The notes under the pieces were generated by a model. The model was not told where the DNA came from, made no database searches, and saw nothing but the letters and a program-made list of their open reading frames with translations. This document shows positions 18,074-29,122 of a stretch of 64,000 bases of DNA, in pieces. Each line of letters begins with the position of its first letter. The first letter of the stretch is position 1. Origin of the DNA: Halobacteriales archaeon (lineage in GTDB: Archaea > Halobacteriota > Halobacteria > Halobacteriales > Hikarchaeaceae); contig JBDGPX010000121.1 of assembly GCA_042219475.1 (NCBI GenBank), positions 232-64,231 on the forward strand, in the 5' to 3' direction. The position numbers were made by a program, and so were the translations under genes.

Positions 18074-20584
18074 TCAGTTCGGGTCGTACTCGGCGCTGAC
18101 GACTTCCCGGATGCGATCGGCCGTCACCGTCCCGATCCCCTCGACCTCCCGAAGTGCCTCTTCATCGGCGGTGACGACGGCTTCGACACTGCCGAACTCC
18201 TTGAGCAGGCTACGGGCGGTGACCGGCCCGACCTCGGCGATCGAAGAGATGACGTATTCCTGTTGTTCGGCAAGCGTTTTCGCCGTCTTTTCACCGTGGA
18301 CATTGATTTCCCGATCCGATTCTTCCTGTTCGCGCCGGGCGATCACGTCGAGGAGATCGGCCGTATCGGCCTCGTCGGTCGTCTGGAGGACGCTCGCGTT
18401 GAAATCGACGGCTAGTGATGCCAGTGCTCCACGGATCGCGTTCGGGTGCACGTTTCGTTCCTCATACAGCCCGCCGCCCTCGATGAGTAGCACCGGCCGG
18501 GCGTAGTGACGGGCGAGATCACCCACCTGCTCGAAGAGCGAGCGATCACCGCCGGTCAGCGTATCGAGGAAGTCATCGACGGCCTTGCGTTCGACTGCGA
18601 CCCGGTCCGAGAGCACGTAATCGCCGACTTCGAGGGTTTCTAACCGCGTCTCGATACCTTCCCGGGTGGAGAGATCGCGGGCGATCGTGGTATCGAGTTC
18701 ACGCTGGTCGATGACGATTTCGACGGTCCCTTCGTCCGGACGAGCGGTGGCGACGACGGTGTTCTCCTCGTCCGTGTCGATCTCCTCGGCTTCCGAGCTG
18801 GTGTCTTCATCACCCGCCGTCGTAAAGTCGGTGAGGCCGGGCTGGGTATCGAGATGTTCCCCGTCTGGCGACGGCGATTCGTCATCGTTGTTCTCGGGTC
18901 CCGTTTGCGACTCGGTCGTGGATGACCCATCGTCCTTCGCTGGAGCCCCCTCGGATTCGGTTTCGTCGTCGAACGAGTTGAGATCGGCCTGTTGGTCGTC
19001 GAGTTCGGCCTCGACCTCGTCGGCGACGCTTTTGAGCTTCCGGAGTTCCTCGCGCATCTGCTCTTCCTCGTGGCGGGATTTGAAGAAATACGCCTTATCG
19101 CGGGTATCCTCGGCGAGCAACACGACGACCCGGCCCTCCGTCTGGCGGCCGGTTCGCCCCTTGCGCTGGATCGATCTGATCGCCGTCGGCACCGGCTCGT
19201 AGAACAACACGAGATCGACTTGGGGGACATCGAGCCCTTCCTCGGCGACCGATGTCGACACCAGTACCTCGAACTCGCCGGCCCGGAACGCATCGAGTAC
19301 CTCCTGTTGTTCGCGTTGGGTCATTCCCTCCGATCCCTCGCGATCACCCTGACCGACGAACCGGCGGGTCTGGAAATGCTCGCCGAGGAAGTCGGTCAGC
19401 GTCTCGGCGGTGTCCCGAGATTCGGTGAAGACGATCACCCGCTCGCCGCCGTTGATGCCGAGCGTCTCGGCGATCAGCATCCGAGCTTGGCGGAACTTCG
19501 GGTGGAGCCCCTCGTAGGCCTCGGCCTTCCGCATCGCCTCTTTGACTTTCGGCTCGGAGACGAACCGTTGGCTTGCCTTCGAAGCGCCGGACGAACGGGC
19601 GGCATTGCGCTGGCGTTCGAAATACCGATGGAGCGCCTCGACGCTTTGGGTTTCGACCAGCTCGACCGCCCGCCGGAGTTTCATCACCTCGGCGTGGGCG
19701 GACATGCCTTTATAACCCGAGGAATCCCCGTTATCGATCAACTTCTGGAGCCGTCCACGGACCTGGTTGAGCTCCTTTTGAGAGATATCGGTGTTTACCG
19801 ACCGGACGACGCCGAGTTCCTTGAGCCGCTCTAACCGCTCTTCGATCACCGCGTTGAGCGCGTCACGGATCTCGATGACTTCCTCGGGAAGTTCGACCCA
19901 TTTCCATTCGACGTCGGTTTCGTAGGTGTGCTCCTCGACGTCGGCGTCGTCTTCGGTCATAACCTCGACGTCAGTGATGCCGAGGTTATCACAGACCTCG
20001 AGGATCGCTTCCTTATCCCCGCCCGGGGAGGCCGACAGTCCGGTGACCAGCGGGTCGGTCGCATCCTGATGGTATCGGTCGGCGATATACGTATACGCGT
20101 ACTCGCCGGTCGCGCGATGGCATTCATCGAACGTCAGGTGGACGACGTCCACAAGCGAGATCCGCCCGCCGATGAGGTCGTTTTCGACGACCTGGGGTGT
20201 TGCGACGATGATGCTTGCGTCCTCCCAGAGGGCCGCCCGATCGTCCGGAGGGACCTCGCCGGTGAAGACGACGATCCGATCGTCGTCGATGTCGAGCCAC
20301 TCGCGGTAATCGTCAGCGTGTTGGTTGACGAGTGGCTTGGTCGGCGCCAACAACAGGGCCTTGGCATCGCCGCCGCGACCGTGGCCGTGGAGTCGATCGG
20401 CGGTGACGAGCAAACTGACGGCGGTTTTGCCGAGTCCAGTGGGCAGACAGACCAGCGTGTGGGCGTTGCGGGCGGTCCCGGCGAGTTCGACCTGGTAGAG
20501 CCGCCGCTCGATCGCGTCGGGTTCGATCAGCGGGTGGTCCACGTACTGGATTTCGCCGTCCGTGACGGCCATTCGTTCCTTCAT
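18074..20584 (-). CDS. hef: Hef (helicase-associated endonuclease for fork-structured DNA; XPF/FANCM-like)
   Basis: 836-aa ORF. Helicase PTGLGKT and DECH box. Acidic linker. ERCC4 nuclease GDYVLSDRVAVERKAVDDF. C-terminal HhH2. Confidence 0.9.
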   Translation of the reverse strand: MKERMAVTDGEIQYVDHPLIEPDAIERRLYQVELAGTARNAHTLVCLPTGLGKTAVSLLVTADRLHGHGRGGDAKALLLAPTKPLVNQHADDYREWLDIDDDRIVVFTGEVPPDDRAALWEDASIIVATPQVVENDLIGGRISLVDVVHLTFDECHRATGEYAYTYIADRYHQDATDPLVTGLSASPGGDKEAILEVCDNLGITDVEVMTEDDADVEEHTYETDVEWKWVELPEEVIEIRDALNAVIEERLERLKELGVVRSVNTDISQKELNQVRGRLQKLIDNGDSSGYKGMSAHAEVMKLRRAVELVETQSVEALHRYFERQRNAARSSGASKASQRFVSEPKVKEAMRKAEAYEGLHPKFRQARMLIAETLGINGGERVIVFTESRDTAETLTDFLGEHFQTRRFVGQGDREGSEGMTQREQQEVLDAFRAGEFEVLVSTSVAEEGLDVPQVDLVLFYEPVPTAIRSIQRKGRTGRQTEGRVVVLLAEDTRDKAYFFKSRHEEEQMREELRKLKSVADEVEAELDDQQADLNSFDDETESEGAPAKDDGSSTTESQTGPENNDDESPSPDGEHLDTQPGLTDFTTAGDEDTSSEAEEIDTDEENTVVATARPDEGTVEIVIDQRELDTTIARDLSTREGIETRLETLEVGDYVLSDRVAVERKAVDDFLDTLTGGDRSLFEQVGDLARHYARPVLLIEGGGLYEERNVHPNAIRGALASLAVDFNASVLQTTDEADTADLLDVIARREQEESDREINVHGEKTAKTLAEQQEYVISSIAEVGPVTARSLLKEFGSVEAVVTADEEALREVEGIGTVTADRIREVVSAEYDPN

Positions 20585-20827
20585 TCGGCCGCGTCGCGTT
20601 TAAGGGTTCGCCGACCGACCTGAAGGTGAAAACACCTCTCGTCAGGGCGATCGATACCCGTTATATTGGTCGTCAGCTCCGGAAGTCCCGGTCCCGGTGG
20701 CGGGGACTTATGCGGCGAACGATCGATCGGTTCGCTATCCCGCAATCGTGACACGACGAACGGTCTACCGGGCGGATTTAGCTAACTACGGGCGGTAACC
20801 ACCGCATGGCAAGTAGGGCGGGATCGT

Positions 20828-21415
20828 TCACAACGGGAGTGCCGGCGCAAACTGGAGGCCGATCCAGATGGCGACGGCTGCTCCGATCGGGATGGTCAGA
20901 TTATCGTCGATGACGTATCCTGCGATGACCGGCTTAGCCCCATCGGCTGCCGTCGCCGTGAGTGCTCCCATGGTGGCGGGGATCGGCGGAACGAACCAGA
21001 TCGCGATGAGCGCACTGACCAGAAATGTCGTCCCGATCACGAAGGGCCGTTTGACGTCTTTGAGTTCATTACTCCCCAATAGCCCGCTCACCGGATCGGC
21101 GATCATCAACATCAACACCGCCGGCAGCGCGATCCGTGGCGGAAACGCCAGCACGACCGCCGCCGAACTCACGAAGTAGATGGCGTATCCGGCGAGGTTA
21201 TCCCGTTCGTACTCGCGGGTGAGCTCCTGATAGATCGCCCACTCGAGTCCGACGAACAGCCGGAGCATCTCGAGCCCGATCGCGACGATCGCTCCGATGA
21301 CGAACAGAAGGCGAAGCTGCTCCCAGGTGATGACTGTCAGGAGGTAGCCGGCTGGCAGCACGACGCCACTGGCGTGAACGAGGCGGCGCTTGAGTTCGTC
21401 GGCGGTGACGCCCAT
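20828..21415 (-). CDS. Polyprenol/dolichol kinase family membrane protein (CTP-dependent kinase superfamily)
   Basis: Start is taken at MGVTADELKRRLVHASG (the track ORF is extended 65 codons into the glyS 3' end in a basic, non-halophilic frame). Multiple TM helices; IADPVSGLLG motif. Confidence 0.6.
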   Translation of the reverse strand: MGVTADELKRRLVHASGVVLPAGYLLTVITWEQLRLLFVIGAIVAIGLEMLRLFVGLEWAIYQELTREYERDNLAGYAIYFVSSAAVVLAFPPRIALPAVLMLMIADPVSGLLGSNELKDVKRPFVIGTTFLVSALIAIWFVPPIPATMGALTATAADGAKPVIAGYVIDDNLTIPIGAAVAIWIGLQFAPALPL

Positions 21416-21434
21416 TGGAGTGGGAGGGTTTGGA

Positions 21435-23237
21435 TTAGGCGTCCGCGTCGGCGGCTTCCCGTCCGACGTCCTCGAATGCTCGTTCGCCCGTACGGAGTGC
21501 CTCGAGAACCTCAACGAGGTCATCGCTCGGGACGCGCCGCTGGTCGGCCGAGTCGCGCTCCCGGATCGTGACCGTATCATCCTCGAGGGTGTCGTAGTCG
21601 ACGGTGACACAGTAGGGCGTCCCGACCTCGTCCTGACGGCGGTAGCGCCGGCCGATCGAGCCCGAGTCGTCGTAGGTGACGTCGATCCCGGCCGCTCGCA
21701 GGTCTTCGGTGAGCAGGCGGGCCATATCGCCGAGGCCGTCGCGATCCATCAGCGGGAAGACTCCGACTGTCGTCGGCGCGATGTGGGGTTCAAGCGTGAG
21801 ATGGGTGCGTGTCTCGCCGTCAATGACGTCCTCCTCGTAGCCATGGATCAACAGCGTATAGACCGTTCGGCCGACGCCGAAGGATGGTTCGACCACGTGG
21901 GGGAGGGTATGCTCGCCCTGTTCGGTCACCGTCTCGATGGTGAAGCCGGTCTTCTCGGTCGGGACCGTGTACTCCTCCCCGTCGACGGTCACGGTGACCG
22001 TATCCGTATCGAACGCGTCGGGTGTCCGTTCCGCCCGTGTTTCGAGCGCGTCGGCCACCGCGGCGGCATCACTGCCGAACTCCGGACCGAGATAGCTCAT
22101 ATCGGGATCGACTACCGCCCGCTCGACGGTCCGTGGCTCGTCGTACTCCCGGAAGATCGTGAACTCCTCATCGGAATACTCGTCGTGTTTCCGCAAATCG
22201 TAATCCGAGCGGTAGGCGAACCCGGCGAGCTCGATCCAGTCGCCCTCGATCTCGGCTTCGGCGTCCCAGCAGTCGCTGGCGTAGTGGGAGCGCTCCCCGC
22301 TGAGGTGTTGCCGGAATCGGAACCGATCCATGTCGACGCCGATCGTTGCATACCACTCCCGGGCTACGCCGAGGTAGTAGGCGATCCATGGTGAGGCGAT
22401 GATCCCGTCCTCGACAGCCTCGGCGACCGTCGTCTCGACATACTCGCCGTCGGCCTGTTGGTTGCTGGCGGGATAGAGCGTGAGCGGCACCGAGGACACT
22501 GCCACGAGATCGGGTTCGTTTCGCTCCGGATCGATGAACAGCTCCAGTTCGGCCTGGGTGAGCTCCCGGACCCGCACGAGGGCGTTCCGGGGGCTGATTT
22601 CGTTCCGATAGGCGCGACCGATCTGCGTGACGCCAAAGGGGAGCTGGCCGCGGGCGTACTCCTTCAGACGGGGGAATTCAACGAAGATTCCCTGGGCGGT
22701 CTCCGGGCGGAGATAGCCGGTCGATGCGGTGCCCGGGCCGATGTTGGTCTCGAACATCAGGTTGAACTCCTCGATCGGTTCGTCGGCCAAGATGGCGCCA
22801 CAGACCGGACACGTGATGCCGTGCTCGGCGATGAATTCGGCGACTTCCTCGGGGGTGTATTGCTCGGCATCCTCGATGTCGGTGTGATCCTCGACGAGGT
22901 GATCCGCGCGGTGACTTTCTCCACAGTCCGGACACTCGACGAGCATGTCGTCAAAGGTATCGAGATGGCCCGATGCCTCGAAGACGGCCTCGGGCATGAT
23001 CGTGGGGGCGTCGATCTCCATGTGGCCCTCTTGGATGCTAAAGCGATCGCGCCAGGCGTCTTCGACGTTCTGTTTGATCGCTGCCCCCGTCGGGCCGTAA
23101 GTGTAAAACCCTGAGACCCCGCCGTAGGCGCCGCTGGACTGAAAGAACAGCCCCCGCCGGCGTGCGAGCTCGCTCAATCGTTCCTGTTCATCCGTTCGAT
23201 CAGGCTCGGAATCGGAACCGCCGTCGACGCCGCCCAT
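21435..23237 (-). CDS. glyS: Glycine--tRNA ligase (archaeal/eukaryal type)
   Basis: 600-aa ORF. RRGLFFQSSGAYGGVSGFYTYGPTG, class II motifs, C-terminal anticodon-binding domain. Confidence 0.9.
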   Translation of the reverse strand: MGGVDGGSDSEPDRTDEQERLSELARRRGLFFQSSGAYGGVSGFYTYGPTGAAIKQNVEDAWRDRFSIQEGHMEIDAPTIMPEAVFEASGHLDTFDDMLVECPDCGESHRADHLVEDHTDIEDAEQYTPEEVAEFIAEHGITCPVCGAILADEPIEEFNLMFETNIGPGTASTGYLRPETAQGIFVEFPRLKEYARGQLPFGVTQIGRAYRNEISPRNALVRVRELTQAELELFIDPERNEPDLVAVSSVPLTLYPASNQQADGEYVETTVAEAVEDGIIASPWIAYYLGVAREWYATIGVDMDRFRFRQHLSGERSHYASDCWDAEAEIEGDWIELAGFAYRSDYDLRKHDEYSDEEFTIFREYDEPRTVERAVVDPDMSYLGPEFGSDAAAVADALETRAERTPDAFDTDTVTVTVDGEEYTVPTEKTGFTIETVTEQGEHTLPHVVEPSFGVGRTVYTLLIHGYEEDVIDGETRTHLTLEPHIAPTTVGVFPLMDRDGLGDMARLLTEDLRAAGIDVTYDDSGSIGRRYRRQDEVGTPYCVTVDYDTLEDDTVTIRERDSADQRRVPSDDLVEVLEALRTGERAFEDVGREAADADA

Positions 23238-23239
23238 CC

Positions 23240-24157
23240 CTACAACGCCTCCAGGAGATCGATATCGCGGACAATGCCGACCAGTTCGTCGCCCGAAACC
23301 AACGGGATCTGCTCGATATCGTTCGAGAGCATCAACCGAGCGGTTTCCTGGACGGTCCGCCGCTGGGAGACCGTTACAAGCTCCGCACTCATGAACTCAC
23401 CCACCGGTTCGTTGGGGATCGCGACGTTGCGGGTCGGCAGATACCGGTTGCCGACTGCCTTGATGCCCTCCCACATCCATTCGTCGTCCTGGTTGGCGAT
23501 ACTCTCGCCGGTTTCGTCCTCGCCTTCGACGACGCGGGCGACCTCGATGACGTCGACCTCGGTGAGAATCCCGGTCATCGAACCTTCCTCGTCGAGGACG
23601 ATCGCGTAGGGGACGTTCGCATAACGGATTTCCTCGTTGGCGACCGGCAACGGCGTCTCACAGTAGGTCGTGTTGATGTCCGCTGTGGCGATCTCGCCGA
23701 CCGTCGTTGCTGTTTCGACTGCTCCGTCGGCGATCGCACGGACGACATCGGTCACCGTAATGATTCCCTCGAGTCTGCCGTCGACGACGGGGATCCGCCG
23801 GGCGCTTTCGGTGACCATCAGCTGGGCAACCGATTCGATCGTGGCGTCCCGTGTCGTTGTGGGGACCTCCCGCATGAGCAATGCGAGCTGATCCTCATTG
23901 GGGCGTTCGATCAGGTCTTCCCTGGAGATGAGTCCTCGATATTCCTCGATGCCGTCTGTTTCTTTGACGACCGGAACCGATGAGAATGCCCGGTCCTGGA
24001 GGTACTCGAGGACGTCATCGCGGGTGCCTGGGAGTTCAACGGTCACGACATCCGACCGTGGCGTCATCGCGTCAGCGACGTTCATACCCCCGGGTTTGAC
24101 TTCGGCGTTCTTGTACCCTACGAACGGCTTGAGGCCGTTCGGCGAAATTTTGGCCAT
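23240..24157 (-). CDS. CBS domain-containing protein (four CBS repeats)
   Basis: 305-aa ORF with a repeated CBS pattern (VADAMT...VPVV, IPVVDG..GIITVTD, etc.). 2 nt downstream of glyS. Confidence 0.8.
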   Translation of the reverse strand: MAKISPNGLKPFVGYKNAEVKPGGMNVADAMTPRSDVVTVELPGTRDDVLEYLQDRAFSSVPVVKETDGIEEYRGLISREDLIERPNEDQLALLMREVPTTTRDATIESVAQLMVTESARRIPVVDGRLEGIITVTDVVRAIADGAVETATTVGEIATADINTTYCETPLPVANEEIRYANVPYAIVLDEEGSMTGILTEVDVIEVARVVEGEDETGESIANQDDEWMWEGIKAVGNRYLPTRNVAIPNEPVGEFMSAELVTVSQRRTVQETARLMLSNDIEQIPLVSGDELVGIVRDIDLLEAL

Positions 24158-24252
24158 GATTTATCAACTGAAACAGGTTTTCTCCGGGGTGGGTTATCGC
24201 CGGTTCCGTGACGTTTCGACGAGTTTATGAACTATGCCACCAAGTGTCATAC

Positions 24253-24408
24253 ATGCCGACGGATACGGTCGCCAACGATCCCGATGTGATGGCGTCCATC
24301 GATGATCACGGCACCAGTGCTGACCTGATCATCGCCGATCTCTCGACGGAGGACGCCTGGGTATCGATCCCTGCCACGGACGCACCGGTACTCGACGAGA
24401 TGCGATAA
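24253..24408 (+). CDS. Small conserved haloarchaeal protein (hypothetical)
   Basis: Acidic 51-aa reading from MPTDTVANDPDVMASIDDHGTSADLIIADLSTEDAWVSI. The upstream part of the track ORF is unconvincing. Confidence 0.45.
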   Translation: MPTDTVANDPDVMASIDDHGTSADLIIADLSTEDAWVSIPATDAPVLDEMR

Positions 24409-24454
24409 CTCGGCGACCGGTTCTGATCCGTTGTCTTCGTGATGTAACCAGCCC

Positions 24455-24727
24455 TCAGACACCTTCGACCGTCTTTCGATAGGCGTTGATGTGATCGTTT
24501 GCGGTGTCGATCCGTTCGGCCGTCTCCTCATCGGCCGCTGATTGCAGTTCTCTGAGACTGTGTTGATGACGATCGAGTCGACCGTGATCGGGGTCCCGGT
24601 CTCGCTCGGCGAGCGTGGTGAGCTGATCGGCCTGCTCCAGTAGTCGGTCCCGAACCGTCTCATCCTCGACCTGATCGGCGGCCTCGCTGAGCACCTCGCT
24701 TGCCGCAATAAGTTCGTCCCGAGCCAT
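24455..24727 (-). CDS. Small acidic helical protein (hypothetical)
   Basis: ORF 24455-24742; likely start MARDELIAASEVLSEAADQVEDE. Typical halophilic composition. Confidence 0.5.
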   Translation of the reverse strand: MARDELIAASEVLSEAADQVEDETVRDRLLEQADQLTTLAERDRDPDHGRLDRHQHSLRELQSAADEETAERIDTANDHINAYRKTVEGV

Positions 24728-24837
24728 GCGGGTACCTAGCATGTGGCGATTGAAAGTGATTGTGTCATCCGTTCGAGGGGATGCTCTTCGGTCGGCGAAT
24801 AGAACGGTTTTTGGATCGATCGCCGGTTGGATCGGCT

Positions 24838-26124
24838 ATGCGCCGGTACTGGACGGATCCGCGACGCCGGCGGTGGTTAGGCTGGGGTGCCCTCGCCACC
24901 GTCTTCCTGCTGGTCAGCGTCTACCGGCTCTCGACGGCTGTCCTCGCCGAGCGACTGATGGCCGCCTTTTCGACGACCGGTGCGGAGCTGGGTACTCTCC
25001 ATGCGGCGTTCTTCTATATCTATGCTGTATTACAGCTCCCGGCGGGCGCGCTGGCCGATCGGGCCGGGACACGCTGGACCGCCACCGGTGGTGCCCTCAT
25101 GATGAACATCGGTGCCATCGCCTTTGCCTTCAGCGATAGCTATCCGACCGCCTTCTTCGCGCGGACGCTGATCGGTCTCGGGGCATCAGTGCTGTATATT
25201 ACGATTCTACGCTTTGGCGCCAACTGGTTTCGTCCCCGGGAATTCGCGACACTCAATGGGCTGACGATCGCGATCGCTGGCGTTGGAGGCATCCTCGCCA
25301 CGACCCCGCTTGCGATCACGGTCGGGTTGTTCGGGTGGCGGTCGACGATGGTCGGGCTCGGAGTGATAGGGTTGGCGACCACCGGTGCTGTCGTGATTCT
25401 CGTTCGGGATACACCCGCGGCAGCGGGGTTGGAGCCGATCGAAGGGGTCCCGACCGCCGATTCGCTCTCCCTGCGCGAGGTCGCTACCAACGCCCGCGCC
25501 GTCATCGGCGAACCCGAAACCTGGCTGATCGCGGTCCTCTCGTTTTGCAGCGTCGGCATCAACATCACGCTGCTCGGACTCTGGGGTGTGCCGTACGTCG
25601 TCCAGCTCTACGATGTGTCGGTCACTCGGGCCTCGACGTATACACTGATGGGCAGTCTGGGGCTGGTGATCGGCTCCCCGGCCATCGGATGGCTCTCGGA
25701 TCATCTCGGCTCGCGCACGCCGTTGATGATCGTCGGTGGTGTCATCTATACTGCCGCCTTCCTGGTGATCGCGATCACCGTCACGCCGCCGTTGCCGGTC
25801 GTCGGGGTGGTGTTTTTCCTGACGAGTTTCCTCTCAGGCGCGTTCGTCCTCGGCTATACCGTGATCAAAGAGCGCCACTCGACGGCCGCCAGCGGTGTCT
25901 CGACCGGCACGGTCAACACGGCCGCATACACCGGGGCGGCGCTGTTCCCGACGGCGATGGGCATCGCCCTCGATGCCTTCTGGACCGGTGAAACTGTCGC
26001 GGGAGCCCGGGTGTATACCGTCTTTGGCTATCGTGTCGCCTTCGCGATCGCGACCGCCGCCGGCGTCATCGCGTTGCTCTGTGCGGTCCTCGTCCACCGA
26101 CGCACCGACCAAGCGAGCGGATAA
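24838..26124 (+). CDS. MFS transporter
   Basis: 12-TM-like hydrophobic pattern with an LADRAGTRW loop motif. Start moved to MRRYWTDPRRRRW to leave room for divergent promoters. Confidence 0.8.
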   Translation: MRRYWTDPRRRRWLGWGALATVFLLVSVYRLSTAVLAERLMAAFSTTGAELGTLHAAFFYIYAVLQLPAGALADRAGTRWTATGGALMMNIGAIAFAFSDSYPTAFFARTLIGLGASVLYITILRFGANWFRPREFATLNGLTIAIAGVGGILATTPLAITVGLFGWRSTMVGLGVIGLATTGAVVILVRDTPAAAGLEPIEGVPTADSLSLREVATNARAVIGEPETWLIAVLSFCSVGINITLLGLWGVPYVVQLYDVSVTRASTYTLMGSLGLVIGSPAIGWLSDHLGSRTPLMIVGGVIYTAAFLVIAITVTPPLPVVGVVFFLTSFLSGAFVLGYTVIKERHSTAASGVSTGTVNTAAYTGAALFPTAMGIALDAFWTGETVAGARVYTVFGYRVAFAIATAAGVIALLCAVLVHRRTDQASG

Positions 26125-26151
26125 AGTGGGCGGCCACCCAACCGGTGTGTA

Positions 26152-28260
26152 ATGAGTAACACCGGTCCCGAGTCCAAATCCGAATCCGACGCCGATAGTG
26201 ACGCCGGCTCGGGTCCCCTATCGCCGGATCGACCCGAAGCCGAACGCCCGTTTCGCGTCGACGCCCCGTTCGACCCCGCGGGCGATCAGCCAACGGCGAT
26301 CGAGGAGCTCGTCGAGGGATTCGAAGCCGGGATGGACAAACAGACGCTGCTTGGGGTGACGGGATCGGGCAAAACCAATACCGTCTCATGGGTGATCGAG
26401 GAACTCCAACAGCCGACCCTCGTCATCGCCCACAACAAGACTCTAGCCGCCCAGCTCTACGAGGAGTTCCGGAGCCTCTTTCCGGACAACGCCGTCGAAT
26501 ATTTCGTTTCCTATTACGATTACTATCAGCCCGAAGCATACGTCGAACAGACCGATACCTACATCGACAAGGATGCCTCGATCAACGAGGAGATCGACCG
26601 GCTGCGTCACTCGGCGACCCGGTCACTGCTGACCCGCGATGACGTGATCGTCGTCGCCTCGGTCTCGGCGATCTACGGCCTCGGTGACCCGGGCAACTAC
26701 GAGGAGATGGCCCTCCGAATCGAACAGGGCCAGACGATCGATCGCGACGAGTTGCTCGGTCGGCTGGTCGATCTGAACTACGAGCGAAACGACGTCGATT
26801 TCACCCAGGGAACGTTCCGGGTCCGCGGCGACACTGTCGAGATCTATCCGATGTACGGCCGGTATGCCGTCCGGGTCGAGTTCTGGGGCGATGAGATCGA
26901 CCGCCTCACCAAGCTCGATCCCCTTGAGGGGGAACTCAAGGGAGAAGAACCTGCCGTGCTTGTCCACCCGGCCGAACACTACGCGATCCCCGAGGACCGC
27001 CTCGAGACGGCGATCGAGGAAATCGAAGCGTTACTCGACGACCGGATCCGCCACTTCGAGCGCCAGGGCGATCACGTCGCCGCCCAGCGGATCGAGGAAC
27101 GGACCACCTTCGATCTCGAGATGCTCAAGGAGACCGGCTACTGTTCGGGTGTCGAGAACTACTCGGTACACCTCTCCGATCGCGAACCCGGCGACGCTCC
27201 CTACACCTTGCTCGATTACTTCCCCGATGAGTTCCTCACGGTCATCGACGAATCCCATCAGACTATCCCTCAGATCCGCGGCCAGTTCGAGAGTGATCGC
27301 TCCCGCAAGGAGTCGCTGGTCGACAACGGCTTTCGACTGCCGACGGCCTACGACAACCGGCCGTTGACCTTCGAGGAATTCGAAGCACGGACCGACCGGA
27401 CGCTGTACGTCAGCGCGACGCCGGGGGACTACGAACGCGAGGAATCCGGCCAGGTGGTCGAACAGATCGTTCGTCCGACGTATCTGGTCGATCCAGCGGT
27501 CGAAGTGGCCGATGCTGAAGGACAGATCGACGACCTCATGGATCGGATCGACACCCGTATCGAACAGGACGAACGCGTCCTAGTGACGACGCTCACCAAG
27601 CGGATGGCCGAGGATCTCACCGAATATCTCGCCGAGGCCGGTATCGATGTCGAGTACATGCACGACGAGACCAACACGCTCGAACGTCACGAGCTGGTGC
27701 GTTCGTTACGGCTCGGCGAGATCGATGTCCTCGTCGGTATCAATCTCCTCCGGGAAGGGCTTGACATCCCGGAGGTGTCGCTGGTCGCGATCCTCGATGC
27801 CGACCAGGAGGGGTTCCTCCGCTCGGAGACGACGCTGATCCAGACGATGGGCCGGGCCGCCCGCAACGTCAACGGATCGGTCGTCCTCTATGCCGATGAG
27901 GTCACCGACGCGATGCAGTCGGCGATCGACGAGACCCGCCGCCGCCGCCGGATCCAACAGGAGTTCAACGAGAAACACGGCCACGAACCGCGGACCATCG
28001 ACAAAGCTGTCGCCGAGACTGACCTGCCGGGAAGCCAGACCGACACCACGAACGTCACCGGCGATGAACCGGCCGACGCCGAGGAGGCTGCCCGCCATAT
28101 CGAGCAGCTCACCGACCGGATGCAAGAAGCCGCTGATAACCTCGAGTTCGAGCTCGCGGCCGACATCCGTGATCGGATCCGCGAACTGCATGAGGAATTC
28201 GATCTCGACGGCGAGGATGCTGACGCCGGCGTGGCCCCCGAACCTGATCCCGAATTCTGA
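26152..28260 (+). CDS. uvrB: Excinuclease ABC subunit B
   Basis: 702-aa [11 protein letters not shown], beta-hairpin region [11 protein letters not shown]-terminal UVR domain [13 protein letters not shown]. Confidence 0.95.
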   Translation: MSNTGPESKSESDADSDAGSGPLSPDRPEAERPFRVDAPFDPAGDQPTAIEELVEGFEAGMDKQTLLGVTGSGKTNTVSWVIEELQQPTLVIAHNKTLAAQLYEEFRSLFPDNAVEYFVSYYDYYQPEAYVEQTDTYIDKDASINEEIDRLRHSATRSLLTRDDVIVVASVSAIYGLGDPGNYEEMALRIEQGQTIDRDELLGRLVDLNYERNDVDFTQGTFRVRGDTVEIYPMYGRYAVRVEFWGDEIDRLTKLDPLEGELKGEEPAVLVHPAEHYAIPEDRLETAIEEIEALLDDRIRHFERQGDHVAAQRIEERTTFDLEMLKETGYCSGVENYSVHLSDREPGDAPYTLLDYFPDEFLTVIDESHQTIPQIRGQFESDRSRKESLVDNGFRLPTAYDNRPLTFEEFEARTDRTLYVSATPGDYEREESGQVVEQIVRPTYLVDPAVEVADAEGQIDDLMDRIDTRIEQDERVLVTTLTKRMAEDLTEYLAEAGIDVEYMHDETNTLERHELVRSLRLGEIDVLVGINLLREGLDIPEVSLVAILDADQEGFLRSETTLIQTMGRAARNVNGSVVLYADEVTDAMQSAIDETRRRRRIQQEFNEKHGHEPRTIDKAVAETDLPGSQTDTTNVTGDEPADAEEAARHIEQLTDRMQEAADNLEFELAADIRDRIRELHEEFDLDGEDADAGVAPEPDPEF

Positions 28261-28372
28261 TCACAACGGCTCGGTGTCGGTAGCGCAACCATCAATCAAC
28301 TAACCGTTTTAACCGCCTGACACGCCGGGGCGTTGGGGAATTATTATATCGCTCCGGGAAGCACTCTCACCC

Positions 28373-28558
28373 ATGGATCTGCAGGGGGCTGACACTCTCA
28401 TCCGTGTCCTGGTGATCGTGACATTGGTCATCGGTCTAGCGCTCATCCTCTTCACCGGTCCGACACTAACGGGGATCGGCGTCATATTGATCCTGATTAG
28501 CGTCGTCAGCTTCCTGGCGGTCGTGAAAAACTACATGACCGATCCCCAGCCGGCGTGA
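28373..28558 (+). CDS. Small two-TM membrane protein (hypothetical)
   Basis: 61-aa ORF with two hydrophobic helices and an AT-rich upstream region. Confidence 0.45.
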   Translation: MDLQGADTLIRVLVIVTLVIGLALILFTGPTLTGIGVILILISVVSFLAVVKNYMTDPQPA

Positions 28559-28700
28559 CGGTCTGATCACTCGCGGGCGTTATCACTAAAAATGCCCGAA
28601 ACAAAATTTATAATCGATATTGGTATACGAATGTGTGATTAATTAGCGAATATCACGTTATATTTTTATCAATCGAACGGTTATCATCGACCGAACAGAG

Positions 28701-29078
28701 GTGATGGCCATGGCTCTTCCCACCACGGCGAGTTCATGGATCCAGAACCTCGATGTCCCGTCCCGCCTCTTCGAGCTCGACGGTACCGACTACGAACTGT
28801 TCGAGGAAGACGATGAGTTCGTCCTCAGCGTCGAGATGCCGGGCTTCGAGACCGATGGGATCGACGTTAATTGGTACGAAGGCCGGCTGACGATCTCGGC
28901 GGAACACGAGGACGAGATGCGGGACGCGAAACGGACCTACCACCGGACCTTCCGGATGCCCAAGGAGATCGATCCCGAGGGCATCACCGCCGAATACACC
29001 AACGGCGTCCTGGAGGTCCGGCTGCCGGTGCTCGCGGACGAAGGCGTCCGCGGTACCGCCATTCCGATCAAGGGTTAA
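28701..29078 (+). CDS. Hsp20/alpha-crystallin family small heat-shock protein
   Basis: 125-aa ORF. FVLSVEMPGF...GVLEVRLP alpha-crystallin pattern. AT-rich promoter region at 28590-28690. An ATG at 28704 is an alternative start. Confidence 0.85.
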   Translation: MMAMALPTTASSWIQNLDVPSRLFELDGTDYELFEEDDEFVLSVEMPGFETDGIDVNWYEGRLTISAEHEDEMRDAKRTYHRTFRMPKEIDPEGITAEYTNGVLEVRLPVLADEGVRGTAIPIKG

Positions 29079-29095
29079 CGGCCGATCGGATACCG

Positions 29096-29108
29096 TTTTT
29101 TATTTTTT
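29096..29108 (+). terminator. Oligo-T terminator (T6-A-T6) after hsp20
   Basis: CCGTTTTTTATTTTTTAAG lies 18 nt after the stop codon. Archaeal termination at T-runs is established. Confidence 0.6.
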
Positions 29109-29122
29109 AAGTAGCTCTGCAC

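Noticed and set aside
20828-21610. Track ORFs with long N-terminal extensions: 20828-21610(-), 44260-45879(+), 30718-31227(+), 16178-17146(-), 24760-26124(+), 37301-38647(+), 44009-44548(+).
   Set aside because: The extensions overlap neighbouring genes or promoters and have basic, non-halophilic composition. Internal ATGs give N-termini typical of the respective families, so the starts were moved.
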